Positions 37,930-49,995 of a stretch of 64,000 bases of DNA are shown here, one piece after another; the stretch's first letter is position 1; every line of letters starts with the position of its first letter. The DNA is taken from contig OZ336874.1 in assembly GCA_965287045.1 (NCBI GenBank), forward strand, positions 46,314,001 to 46,378,000. Direction: 5' to 3'. The notes under the pieces are model-generated. The model had not been told where the DNA came from, searched no databases, and saw only the letters and a list, made by a program, of their open reading frames with translations. Position numbers and translations under genes: made by a program. The DNA comes from Carcharhinus amblyrhynchos (lineage: Eukaryota).

Positions 37930-40900
37930 GTACAATTCTAACTGGTCTGTAATTCCCTGGTTTTTCCTCTTTCACATTTCTTAAAGCAGAGTGACATGAG
38001 CAAATTTCCAATTCAGAGGGACAACTTCTGAGTCGAGGGAGCTGTGAAAGATTATGGTCAAGGCATCTACAATGCACTCCCCTACTTCCTTTAACTCCCT
38101 CGGACGGAAACTGTCAAGTCCTGGGGATTTGTCATTCTTTAGTTCCGTTAATTTCTTCATTATCAATGTTTTACTTGCATGAATTTTATTTAGATCTTGT
38201 CCTGGGACTTCGATGTTGTGGCCATTTCAGAGACATGGATAGAGCAGGGGCAGGAATGGATGCTGCAGGTCCCGGGGTTTAAATGTTTTAGTCGAAGTAG
38301 AGAAGGAGGTAGAAGGGGGGGAGGGGTAGCATTATTGGTCAGGGATTGTATTACAGTGTCAGAGAGGAGGTTTGATGAGGACTTGTCTGTTGAGGTAGTA
38401 TGGGCGGAGATTAGAAATAGGAGAGGAGAGGTCACCCTGTTGGGAGTCTTTTATAGACCTCCTAAAAGTTCTAGAGAGGTTGAGGAAGGGATTGCGGAGA
38501 CGATCCTGGTTAGGAGTGAAAGTAATAGGGTAATTGTTATGGGGGATTTTAACTTTACTAATATTGGTTGGAATTGTTATAGCTCTAGCTCGTTAGAGGG
38601 GTCAGTTTTTGTGCAAAGTGTGCAGGAAGGTTATGTAGATAGGCCAACTAGAGGTGAGGCTATGTTGGATTTGGTGCTGGGAAATGAGCCAGATCAGGTG
38701 TTGGATTTGGAAGTTGGTGTGCATTTTGGTGATAGTGACCACAGTTCGGTTATGTTCACCTTAGTGATGGAAAGGGATAGGCATGAACCTCGGGCCAGTG
38801 GTTTTAGCTGGGGGAAGGGTAATTATGAGGCTATTAGGAGAGAATTAGGAAACATAGGTTGGACTAGGAGATTACAGGGATTGGGAACGTCCGAAATGTG
38901 GAGTTTTTTCAAGGAGCAGCTACTGCGAGTCTGTGATAGGTATGTCCCTGTCAGGCAAGGTGGAATTGGTAAGGCTAGGGAACCGTGGTGCACCAAAAAA
39001 GTTGATTCGTTGGTTAAAAAGAAAAAGGAGGCTTATGTTCGGATGAGACGTGAGCACTCGGATAGTGCACTAGAGAGCTTTAGATTGGCTAGGAGGGAGT
39101 TGAAGAGCGAGCTAAGAAGGGCTAAAAGAGGACATGAGAAGACTTTGGCTGATAGGGTTAAGGAGAATCCTAAGGCGTTCTATAGGTATGTCAAGAACAG
39201 AAGGTTGGTTAGGGCAAGGTTAGGGCCAGTTATAGACGGCAGAGGGAAGTTATGTGTGGAACCGGAGGAGATTGGTGAAGCATTGAACCAATATTTCTCT
39301 TCGGTGTTCACGCAGGGGGACATGGATATAGCTGAGGAGGACACTGGGTTGCAGGGGAGTAGAATTGACAGTGTTACAGTTGATAAGGAGGATGTGCTGG
39401 ATATTCTGGAGGGTCTGAAAATAGATAAGTCCCCTGGTCCGGATGGGATTTACCCCAGGATTCTCTGGGAGGCAAGAGAAGTGATTGCAGAGCCTCTGGC
39501 TCTGATCTTCAGGTCGTCGTTGGCCTCTGGTATAGTACCAGATGATTGGAGGTTAGCGAATGTTGTCCCATTGTTTAAGAAGGGGAACAGAGACTTCCCC
39601 GGGAATTGTAGACCGGTGAGTCTCACTTCTGTTGTGGGCAAGGTTTTGGAAAAAATTATTAGGGATAGGATTTATAGTTATTTGGAGAGTAATGAGTTGA
39701 TTGGAGATAGTCAGCATGGTTTTGTGGCGGGTAGGTCGTGCCTTACTAACCTTAGAGTTTTTTGAGAAAGTGACCAAAGAGGTGGATGGGGGTAAGGCAG
39801 TGGACGTGGTGTATATGGATTTTAGTAAGGCGTTTGATAAGGTTCACCATGGTAGGCTTCTGCACAAAATGCAGATGTATGGGATTGGGGGTAATCTAGG
39901 GAACTGGATTAGGAATTGGCTAGCGGAGAGGAGACAGAGGGTAGTGGTTGACGGTAAATATTCATCATGGAGTTCGGTTACAAGTGGTGTGCCTCAGGGA
40001 TCTGTGTTGGGGCCACTGCTGTTTGTGATTTTTATTAATGATCTGGATGAGGGTATAGTTGGGTGGATCAGTAAATTTGCTGATGACACCAAAGTCGGAG
40101 GTGTGGTAGATAGTGAGGAAGGGTGTCATAGTTTGCAGGAAGACTTAGACAGGTTGCAGAGCTGGGCCGAGAGGTGGCGGATGGAGTTTAATGCAGAGAA
40201 ATGTGAGGTAATTCACTTTGGTGGGAATAACAGATGTGTTGAGTATAGGGCTAACGGGAAGACTTTGAATAGTGTGGAGGAGCAGAGGGATCTAGGTGTA
40301 TGTGTACATAGATCCCTGAAAGTTGGGAATCAAGTAGATAAGGTTGTTAAGAAGGCATACAGTGTCTTGGCGTTTATTGGTAGGGGGATTGAATTTAGGA
40401 GTCGTAGCGTTATGTTGCAACTGTACACAACTCTGGTGCGGCTGCACTTGGAGTATTGTGTGCAGTTCTGGTCCCCACATTACAGGAAGGATGTGGAGGC
40501 TTTGGAGAGGGTGCAGAGGAGGTTTACCAGGATGTTGCCTGGTATGGAGGGGAGATCCTATGAGGAGAGGCTGAGGGATTTGGGGTTGTTTTCGCTGGAA
40601 AGAAGGCGGCTAAGAGGGGATCTTATTGAAACATATAAGATGATTAGAGGTTTAGATAGGGTGGATAGTGATAGCCTTTTTCCTCTGATGGAAAAATCTA
40701 GCACGAGGGGGCATGGCTTTAAACTAAGGGGGGGTAGTTATAGGACAGATGTCAGGGGTAGGTTCTTTACCCAGAGGGTGGTGAGGGATTGGAATGCCCT
40801 GCCTGCTGCAGTTGTAAATGCGCCTAGTTTGGGGGCGTTTAAGAGGTCTGTGGACAGGTTTATGGACGAAAAGGGATTGGTTTAGGTTAGTGGGTCATTG

Positions 40901-41050
40901 TTGTTGTTTTTTTTTAACTGGTCAGCGCAACATCGTGGGCTGAAGGGCCTGTTCTGCACTGTAATGTTCTATGTTCTATGTCCTTATCCACTATTGATTT
41001 CTTCAGGACTTCTGGCAAACTGTAAATGCTGAAGCAAAGTAATTACTCTA
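37930..41050 (-). mobile_element. Old CR1 fragment (37930-38190 plus 40981-41050) split by a young CR1
   Basis: ORF 37981..38166 reads DKSPGLDSFRPRELKEV...NWKFAHVT. The piece after 40980 reads (reverse complement) as ..YFASAF.., the upstream continuation. Confidence 0.65.
38193..40980 (+). mobile_element. CR1 LINE with near-complete ORF2 (APE endonuclease + RT), one frameshift
   Basis: ORF 38197..39765 (VVAISETW, YRPP, MGDFN, SDH, DKSPGPDG, QHGF) and ORF 39701..40885 (DFSKAFD, GVPQGS, KFADD). (TTCTATG)n tail. Confidence 0.96.
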
Positions 41051-41529
41051 TATTTGTAAGCAAAAATAATATTTGAAATGTAGAGGCTGTAGGATGTATT
41101 TTGCCTTAATTGTATGGCAAAGAGATTATACAAAAAGTTAAATTGCCTCCTTCTGTGCTGTGAATTTCTGTGGTCTTATAAGAAATTGTTTAACCTGTTT
41201 ATGGTGTATTTCAATTTTTTCCCCTTCCTTATTAAACATCCCTTGGGTATTTTGCCTATTCTACCCTGTTGGTACTGAAATATAAACTGGAATTCATGAG
41301 GGACATCTGTCTCAATTGTTGTTTGATTTCTATACCCCTGAGTGCCAATTGCAGCATGTATGCAACCTCACACTGAATAAGCGTGAAAGACACTTGCTGT
41401 CACTGAAGAACTGTAAAAAAAAAAGGACCAATGTACCAATGCAGATTAAGCCTGTGATGGGCACGGTATATCCAAACCTTCTATACAAAAGCAAAGCACA
41501 AACACCCATTAGAAATCTGATATTTTGAA

Positions 41530-41790
41530 AAAAAAAAGCCAAGTGCTCAAAATACTCAGGTCAGATAGCATCTGTAGAGAGGACGAGAGACCAGAAATTG
41601 CCATCCAAAGTCAATGGATCTTTTGCTGGTCCATCAAATTATCTGTCATGCCGGCAACAAATCGTGTGGCAGACAGAACCAGAAAATTTAGGCCAATGTT
41701 TCAGAACATTAACCTACTGTCATAACACATCAATTCTCTGTTTTGCCACAGATGCTGCCAGACCTGAGTATTTCCAGCATTTCTATTTCC
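41530..41790. mobile_element. Second Penelope-like palindromic remnant with a MITE-like insert at its centre
   Basis: Arms AAATACTCAGGTCAGATAGCATCTGT (41549-) and ACAGATGCTGCCAGACCTGAGTATTT (41748-) are inverted complements. The centre (41590-41695) resembles the MITE family. Confidence 0.6.
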
Positions 41791-42589
41791 GCATCGAAGT
41801 ATTTGCTGTTCGAGACTAGATGTATTTTAAAGGCTCGTTCTAGATCAGGGGATCACCACCAGGAATCTGTGCAATTGCATTACGTGTACATGTTTTGTCA
41901 AAAATATCACCGTGTTGTTGCTCAGCAAGTTTCACGTCTACGTTTAGACAAATGTACAATTTTTATTCCGGGAAGATACTTGTGCTGTGTTGCAAATGGT
42001 TCTCAGAATTTTTATAACAGAGGAGGAGCTCTGAAGTGGAAAGGTTGCAAACCCTGCTCTAGCCCATGTGTGCAAACCAGGTAAAAGCTATAGGGTGGAC
42101 TTAATAACAGAAAAGGGAAATAATTTCTGGGGGCGTTTCAGCCTACGCAGACCTGTTGCTCAATTTCCTGCCAATGGAGTCAGCCTCTCAATCGGTGTGT
42201 CTCTTCGTAAAGCTCCTTAATGTTCCAGTGTTCAAACTGAATGAGAGTTGGCCTTGTATAAAGTGTGAAATGAAGTAGCCATACTGCAAACCATCTTGCG
42301 TAGATTCTTTCACTACGCTGAAGGCAGTGGACAGTTGTGGAAATGATGGGGGTACTGATTATATGATTTACCAGAACGCTGGCATGAAAATGCATTTGAT
42401 GGTATCTCCCATGATTCTGTTGCAGAAAGGCAAATAGCTGCCAGTGAAGTGCTAGCTGGGGTATACTGTGGTTAGGATAGTGTTGGAAATGTGCTTATGG
42501 CTGACTGACTGATCCCTGTTGTTTGTGACACGTTTCAGTGCTTGTTCTTGTTGATTGTCTAATTGTTGCTGATAACTGATTTCTTGGGG

Positions 42590-42785
42590 AGGATGGGTGG
42601 AGCCGAACAGAGAATAAGAGTGGTGGAGATTGAGTATCTTCAAAGTTGGTAGACAGATTTTTGGTATCACAGGGAATACAGGGAGTAGGTTGAAGTGGAG
42701 TTGAGGTAGAAGATCAGTCATGATTGTACTGGGTACCATTTGAAGGCTGGAGGGGCTGCACGCTCTATTCTTGCTCCTATCTCAT
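42590..42785 (+). mobile_element. Old CR1 3' UTR fragment
   Basis: GTGGTGGAG..GAGTATCTTCAAAG..TAGACAGATTTTTG..AAGTGGAGTTGAGG..AGATCAGTCATGAT..TCTTGCTCCTAT. Confidence 0.7.
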
Positions 42786-44889
42786 CATCTTTCGTGACTT
42801 CAAGTGATGGATTGTACATTTGACTTCAAGTCAAACTTCTGTGGAAAACTCAACAATTGAGTACCTGAGCCAAACAGGTTGGTCTGCAGCACTAAAAAAG
42901 CTTGGAGATGTAGACCTTTCACTGAGTGTGGGCTTCTGCCACCTGACACCAAATAGGGTGTGACTTTATAGAACTATAAAGTTCTTCAACAGTACCCATG
43001 TACAAACCCAGGTCTCTGCCCTGCCAACTTATGCCTAATACGGTAGTGAAAAGCATGGGTCCCAACAGTCCTGTATACTCCAAATAATCTCATACCTATG
43101 TACTTTTCACAATAGTGTGCTTTGAGACTTGTTAGAAGCAGATTTATTTCTCCAGGGATTGTGATCTTCAGTAGTGTAGTTAGTAAAAGTTTTTTTTGTC
43201 TGTGTTAGACATGCAACAAAGCAAAAAAAAAACTATACTGTCTGGAGGGGGAAAAAATGGGAATGTTTGCCCATACCTTTTGGGATTGATTGTTTTCCAT
43301 CGTGACCAAGAGGGATTCTAAACACCATATATTATATGTGAGCTGAATTATTAACTTCCCTACCTCTGTCTGTAATCTACTTGCTGCTATGTATTTGCAT
43401 TGTTGCTAAGATGCAACTGGCAGAAATGAACTGAATTGCGGCCAAGTGATATATTTGTGCTGCATTGTAACATTGCAGGCAAAATTGATGTAGCGTTTAG
43501 ACACTCGCATCCCATTATGAAATACAGATACACTAAAGTCCAATATTTGATTGAATCACAACAATTGCGCTCTTTATTCTTTGATTTGTGGTGGTTGGTA
43601 TAAAATTATAGAGTTTACACATTAATTGAACAAAACATGGCATAGTTGCACCATAATTTACAGATGCAGGTTGAGAAAATACCATCTTTTGATTTTTAAT
43701 GTTGTCCTTTATGGTATTTACAATTTGAACATGAAGGTTGTACTATTACCTAAAAGAATGGAAGTGCACCAGCAACTGACGTGCTTTTTGACTTTGTGAT
43801 TTTGCATACCACCTTTTGTTACATGTTAAGGACTGATGATTTAAATGAGAGAGAGCTAAATATGGGATAAATTTTGACCCCCCCAAGAGTGGGCAGTAGG
43901 GTTTTTTTCAAAAAAAAGTATATGTAATGAGCATGAACGCAACTCAAATGGATGTGCATTTGAATGCTGTAAAGAGGCCTGTGCGTTGAATTTGGGGACT
44001 TTTTAATAGTTTATGATGTGTACATATTGGTGCAATTATATCTTTGGGACACATTAAGTTATTTTTAAATTGTTTTGAACTTGGTTCAAGTAGAACTTAG
44101 AGCCACACTTTTTTGGTGATTTGGGCAATTAACCAGGAAAATGTAGGTGAGTTTCCCATTGACCCATATGAATAGAAGCTCAGCTGGTGTCTCCATCCTC
44201 TTCAGCAAGCATTTGGCAGAGTGTGCTGCCATGGATGCACCTTATTTATGATCTTTGAGGATTTCAAATTGACAAGATCAGGATGGGGAGTGCCTTGGAT
44301 GTTGTTTGACAGCACATCAGAAGGGACGCAAAATTGTTGGGTCAGCATGCGTACAAACAAGGGCCTGAGGTCCCAGGAGGCACTAACCACGTCACCAGGA
44401 TTTACAAACAGCCACCCTGCTTCCTTTATCTCTTTGAAGAATGATGCTTCTGCAGGCTAAGTGTGTTATCGTATGGTAGAACTGAATTAAGCTGATGCTG
44501 GGAAAAAAATAACTTCTATGCGTTATACTTTAGACAAAGGTAAATTTCACATTCATTCTTGAGTAGTGAAAATTTGCTAAGGATCTTATGTTTGTAGGTT
44601 TGTAGTTGTTTCTGATAGTGGTGAAGTGAATATATTTAGAAATTATGTTTGCCATGAAGAAAAGATAGAATTTTGTCATTATTGACCTCCCCATCCCTCC
44701 TCCCATGCTCACATTCCATGACCCCAAACACAAGAATTTGGACATGTCAATGAGTATAAACAATTGGCAAGTAATCTGAGGCAATGTAAGGAGAAAAGAA
44801 ATTAAGCAGGAAGTTATGACCTGGAACACACAGCCAGAAAGGGTGATGGAAGAAAATTCAATAATTTTCAGAAGTGAATTGGCCTGTTT

Positions 44890-45290
44890 TTGTTCTTTCC
44901 CAGGATATGAGCATTGCTGGCAAGATCTGTGTTCGATACCCATCCATAATTTCCCTCAAGGTGGTGATGAACCACCTAACTGACCTTGAACAGAATAGTT
45001 TGCTAGGCTATTTTGGAGGGCACTTAAGAGTCAGTTACATTGCTTTGGGGTCTGGAGTCATATGTAGGCCAGACTGGCAAAGGATAGCAGATTTCCTCCT
45101 TTTTAAAGGACATCAGTAAACCAGTGGCTTTTTATAACATTATTTTCATTATTACAAATTATTACCATTCCAGAAACTAGTTTTCAGTTAACTGAATTTA
45201 AATTCTACCTGCTGCCATGGTGGTATTTGAACCAGTCAGGGAATTAACATGGGCCAATGGGTTACTAATCCACTACACCACTATCTCCCA
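44890..45290 (-). mobile_element. tRNA-derived shark SINE ('family B')
   Basis: AAGAGTCAGTTACATTGCT..GGTCTGGAGTCATATGTAGGCCAGACT..AGCAGATTTCCT..ATTTGAACC..CCACTACACCAC. Confidence 0.75.
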
Positions 45291-46334
45291 TATCTTGCAA
45301 TAATGAAACAGCTGTAACTGTAGCTGAAGAATACGTATCCTTAAAATAAATTTCTAATCTAATTATCCATGAACAAAAGGCAAAGCTATTTGAATAAGGG
45401 CTAAGTAATGCTGAAAAGTTCAAGGTTTTTTTATTGAAAATACGTAAGACAATAAATAATTGGAATACTTAGTTTAATTCCAGTACAATGAACCCCTCAA
45501 ATTCTTTAAAGAATGCTTGCATTATTCTCCAGGTTTAAAAAAGTCGATGCTGAATAATAAGTGATAAATATTGAAGTTTCAAATAATGGGTGTTTGTTTT
45601 CTCAGTCATAAGACTTGCAAGGGGTTATCTAGATAAAAGCAGGCATTCATATCATGCCATTATGCCAAATTTTAATTTGACATTGATATGACATTGTTAA
45701 ACTGTGATGTGCCAGTCAGATTTGTCTAGCTGTTGAAAACCTTCAAGTACAGTTGCCTGTTGTTTCAGAGATTTGCTATTAAAGGAGGCAATAATGATCC
45801 AATGTTAACCCGGTCACACTCTGTCGATTAAGCTGGTGTAATAATTTTCAGTGTGAATTCTGCCATGCTTTGTGCCTTTTTTTTAAAAAATGTGGTATGT
45901 GATTTTCTGGATTAAAAACAATTTTATCTTTTTCTTAAATGTTTTAAGTAAGAAACTGGGTCCCTAGAAATTTTATCTGGGTGGTGGAAGAATGTGCAGT
46001 GCAACTACAGCAAGTGATGGCACATTCCACTCTTACTCTTCCTATTGTAATGTATCTGGGTGCTTTAATGGATTCAGCGTTCAACACATCCAATCATTAT
46101 GAAGCAGCGAAGGCAATACACTGTTAAAATACATAAGTTAATAAACATGCTCAAACTGTACAGCACTCGAGTGACATTGCTCTTTGAGTAGTGTTATGGT
46201 TTCCAGAAAACTAGAAAGGCATGTGAAACTGGTTGGAGTACAAAGAGGAGGAATTATAAGGTTGATCCTTAGCCTCAGGTATCTGAGGAATGAGGAAAAA
46301 GTTGGATTTCAATTTGAGGAAGTAAACTACTTAT

Positions 46335-49300
46335 TAGGTGACATTACGGGGTCTAAAGTTAAGGAGAGGGTACAGGTAAGGGAAGAGGCTGAGGATGTCC
46401 CAATAATAAAGGGAGAAGGGGGCGTGAGTATGGTTGGTGGCGTTCTGGCAAATAGGGTCCAGGTGAAGGCTGGGATGAAGGCACTTTATCTGAATGCACG
46501 AAGCATTTGGAATAAAGTGGATGAGCTGGTGGCGCAGATCAGCATAAATGGATATGATCTGGTGGCCATTACAGAGACGTGGCTGCAGGGTGACAGGGAC
46601 TGGGAGCTGAATGTCCAGGGGTATCAAGTGTTTAGGAAGGATAGGCGGGAGGAAAAAGGGGGGGGCGTAGCTCTGCTGATTAAGGATAGCATCAGGGTGG
46701 TAGCAAGGGATGATATAGGAACCAAAGAGCAGAAAGTGGAATCGTTGTGGGTGGAGATTAGGAACAGCAAAGGGAGGAAGACGCTGGTGGGTGTCGTCTA
46801 TAGGCCCCCAAATAATGATCTGGAGGTGGGGCGGGCTGTTAACGCTCAAATAAGTGCGGCGTGCAGGAATGGGACGGCGATAATTATGGGGGATTTCAAT
46901 CTACATGTTGATTGGTCGACCCATGTTGGACGCGGGGGGCTCGAGGAAGAGTTCTTGGAATGCTGCCGGGATAGTTTCCTTGAACAGTGTGTGTTGGAGC
47001 TGACGAGGGAGTGAGCTATCTTGGATCTGGTGTTATGTAATGAGGCGGGTAGAATTAGGGACCTTGTGGTGAAGGATCCTCTTGGGGAGAGTGATCATTG
47101 TATGGTGGAGTTTCTGGTGCAGATGGAGGAAGAGAAAGTGGGTTCCCGGACACGCGTCCTTTGTTTGAACAGAGGGGAGTACGGTAGGATGAGAGAAGAA
47201 TTGGCGAATGTTGACTGGGGGAGCGCGTTGGAAGGTAGGTCTGCTGAGGAGCAGTGGAGGATCTTTAAGGAGACCTTTCTTGGTGCTCAGCAGAAATTTA
47301 TTCCGATGGTTAAAAAGGACCGTAGGAGGAGATGTAATAAGCCGTGGATAACGAAGGAGGTGAAGGAAAGTGTTCAATTAAAAGCGGAGGCGTTTAGAGT
47401 AGCTAAGAGTAGTGGGCGAGAAGAGGATTGGGAGAGGTTTAAATGTCAACAAAGATTGACAAAGAAGTTGATAAAGAAGGGTAGGATAAACTATGAAGCT
47501 GGGCTAGCGCTTAATATAAAAAGGGATAGCAAGAGTTTTTATAAATATATAAAAAGGAAGAGGCTGGCTAGGGTGAACGTTGGTCCCTTAGAGGTTGAGA
47601 GGGGGGACTTAGTGGTAGGGGATGGGGAAATGGCTGAGGCCTTGAATAACTTTTTTGTTTCGGTCTTCACGGAGGAGGACGTGAATAATTTGCCGGGTGT
47701 TAGCGATGGAAAGATGGTAGGACAGGAGGGTCTCAATGACATATTGTTACTAGAGAGGTGGTGCTCAACAAACTGGAGGGACTGATTGTGGACAAGTTCC
47801 CAGGACCGGATGGAATGCATTCAAGGGTTCTGAAAGAAATGGCGGAGGTGATAGTGGATGCCTTGGTGGTTATTTTCCAAACGTCGCTGGATTCCGGGGA
47901 AGTGCCCGAAGATTGGAAAACGGCTAATGTTACGCTGTTGTTTAAGAAGGGTGGCAGGCAAAAGGCAGGGAATTATAGGCCGGTTAGTTTAACGTCTGTT
48001 GTAGGAAAAATGTTAGAATCCGTCATCAAGGAGGAAATAGCAAGGCACCTTGAGGGGAATTGCTTGATAGAGCAGACGCAGCACGGTTTCGTTAAGGGGA
48101 AGTCGTGTCTGACAAATTTATTGGAGTTCTATGAGGATGTGTCTAGGGTGGTGGATAGAGGAGAGCCGGTGGATGTGGTCTTTCTAGATTTTCAGAAGGC
48201 GGTTGACAAGGTACCTCACAAGAGGTTATTGCAGAAGGTAAGGGGGCATGGAGTTGGGGGTAGGGTGTTAGCGTGGATAGAGGATTAGCTGTCAAATAGG
48301 AGGCAGAGAGTGGGGGTCAATGGGTGCTATTTGGATTGGTGGTTGGTGACTAGTGGAGTGCCCCAGGGGTCGGTGCTGGGGCCTCAGCTACTTACCATTT
48401 ATATGGATGATCTGGAGGAGGGAACCGAGTGTAGGGTGTCGAAATTTGCTGATGACACCAAGATTGGTGGAACAGCAAATTGCGCGGAGGGTGTGGAGAG
48501 TCTGCAGAAGGACCTAGATAGGCTGGGCGAATGGGCCAGGAACTGGCAAATGGAATTTAATGTTGGCAAGTGCGAGGTGGTCCACTTTGGTAGGAATAAT
48601 GGTAGGAAGGACTATTACTTACGGGGCAAAAAACTGCAGCAGGCGACGGTGCAGAGGGACCTCGGGGTCCTTGTGCATGAGTCACAAAAACCCAGCCTGC
48701 AGGTCCAGCAGGTGGTCAGGAAGGCTAATGGGATGCTGGCCTTCATAGCGAGGGGGATTGAATATAAAAGTAGGGAGGTCTTGCTGCAGCTGTATAGGGC
48801 ACTGGTGAGGCCGCAGCTGGAGTAGTGTGTGCAGTTTTGGTCGCCGCACTTACGCAAGGATATTTTGGCCTTGGAGGGAGTGCAGAGGAGGTTTACTAGG
48901 CTGATGCCGGAGTTGAGGGGGTTGAGCTATGAGGAGAGGCTGAATAAACTAGGCTTGTATTTGTTAGAGTTTAGAAGAATGAGGGGAGATCTCATTGAGA
49001 CATATAAGATGATGAATGGGATGGATAGGATAGAGGTGGAGAGACTCTTCCCACTCAGAAAGGACAGTAGGACTAGGGGGCACAGCCTCAAGATAAAGGG
49101 GGGGCGCGGTTTAGAACGGAGTTGAGGAGGAACTTCTTCACTCAAAGGGTGGTGAATCTCTGGAATTCTCTGCCTGTTGAAGTGGTGGAGGCTGCCTCGC
49201 TAAATATTTTTAAGATGCGGGTTGATGGGTTTTTGATAAGCGAGGGGATTAAGGGTTATGGGGAGAGGGTGGGAAAGTGGAACTGAGCCACGACAGATCA

Positions 49301-49372
49301 GCCATGATCTTATTGAATGGTGGGGCAGGCTCAAAGGGCTAGATGGCCTACTCCTGCTCCTATGTTCTTATG
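46335..49372 (+). mobile_element. Young CR1 (subfamily Y) with full-length but pseudogenised ORF2
   Basis: MKALYLNARSI..AITETW..YRPP..GDFN..SDH..DKFPGPDG..NYRPVSL..GVPQGS..KFADD across ORFs 46184-49125. Stops at 47012, 48286 and 48823 and frameshifts near 47750 and 49100. The 5' boundary is approximate. Confidence 0.96.
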
Positions 49373-49719
49373 TATAAAGACATTGTCAAAGATGAAATAA
49401 ATATTCCTTTAAAGTGTGAGCTTAGTACAAGGATGTTTTGAAGCTAACATAATTGAACTTAGAATATATATCAGAATGATTTTCTTCAAAGTGATTGGCA
49501 TTTGGAATAGTATTCTGTATAAGCTATTGAAGTGAAAATCCAAAATTGTTTAAAAAGAAACAATTAGATGCTTCATTTGTGGAAGTGGAGGGGTCAGGGA
49601 GGAAAGACAGTAGGGTTTTTCTGTATAGATGAAATAAGATGCACTATTGAATGCACTCATCCACCATATCTTTTAACCTTGTTCTTTAAGTAAATTTTGA
49701 TATAGGCAAATCTAGAATC

Positions 49720-49995
49720 AAGTGTGCACAACGACAACAGTCAGATTAGTGACTTGATGCCTTAGTGATGGTGATTTAAGGGATCAGTTAAGCCAGGGCA
49801 ATTGGGAACTTTCCTGCTTTTTCAATAGTTCTTTGGGATCATTTATGCCTACCTAAGTGGAAGTGTAAGGCCTTGCTTAAAGTCTTACCTGGTAGTTAGC
49901 ACATCAACAATGCAGACCCTCTCCAATATTAGACTGCATCAGACTATGTGGTCAAATCTTTGGAGTAGAGCTAAACCCGCTTTCCTTTTGACTCC
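49720..49995 (-). mobile_element. DeuSINE-like copy, degraded
   Basis: TTAGTGATGGT..AAGGGAT..GCCAGG..GGGAACT..CCTGCT..TCAATAGT..TGGGATC..TTTATG, collinear with 4340-4530. Confidence 0.6.

Noticed and set aside
46334-47820. Antisense ORFs over CR1 copies (171, 114 and 93 aa)
   Set aside because: By-products of codon bias on the opposite strand; no recognisable motifs.
38197-49125. RT ORFs as a novel retron, DGR, group II intron or active element
   Set aside because: APE endonuclease plus RT with microsatellite 3' tails is ordinary CR1, and both long copies are disrupted.
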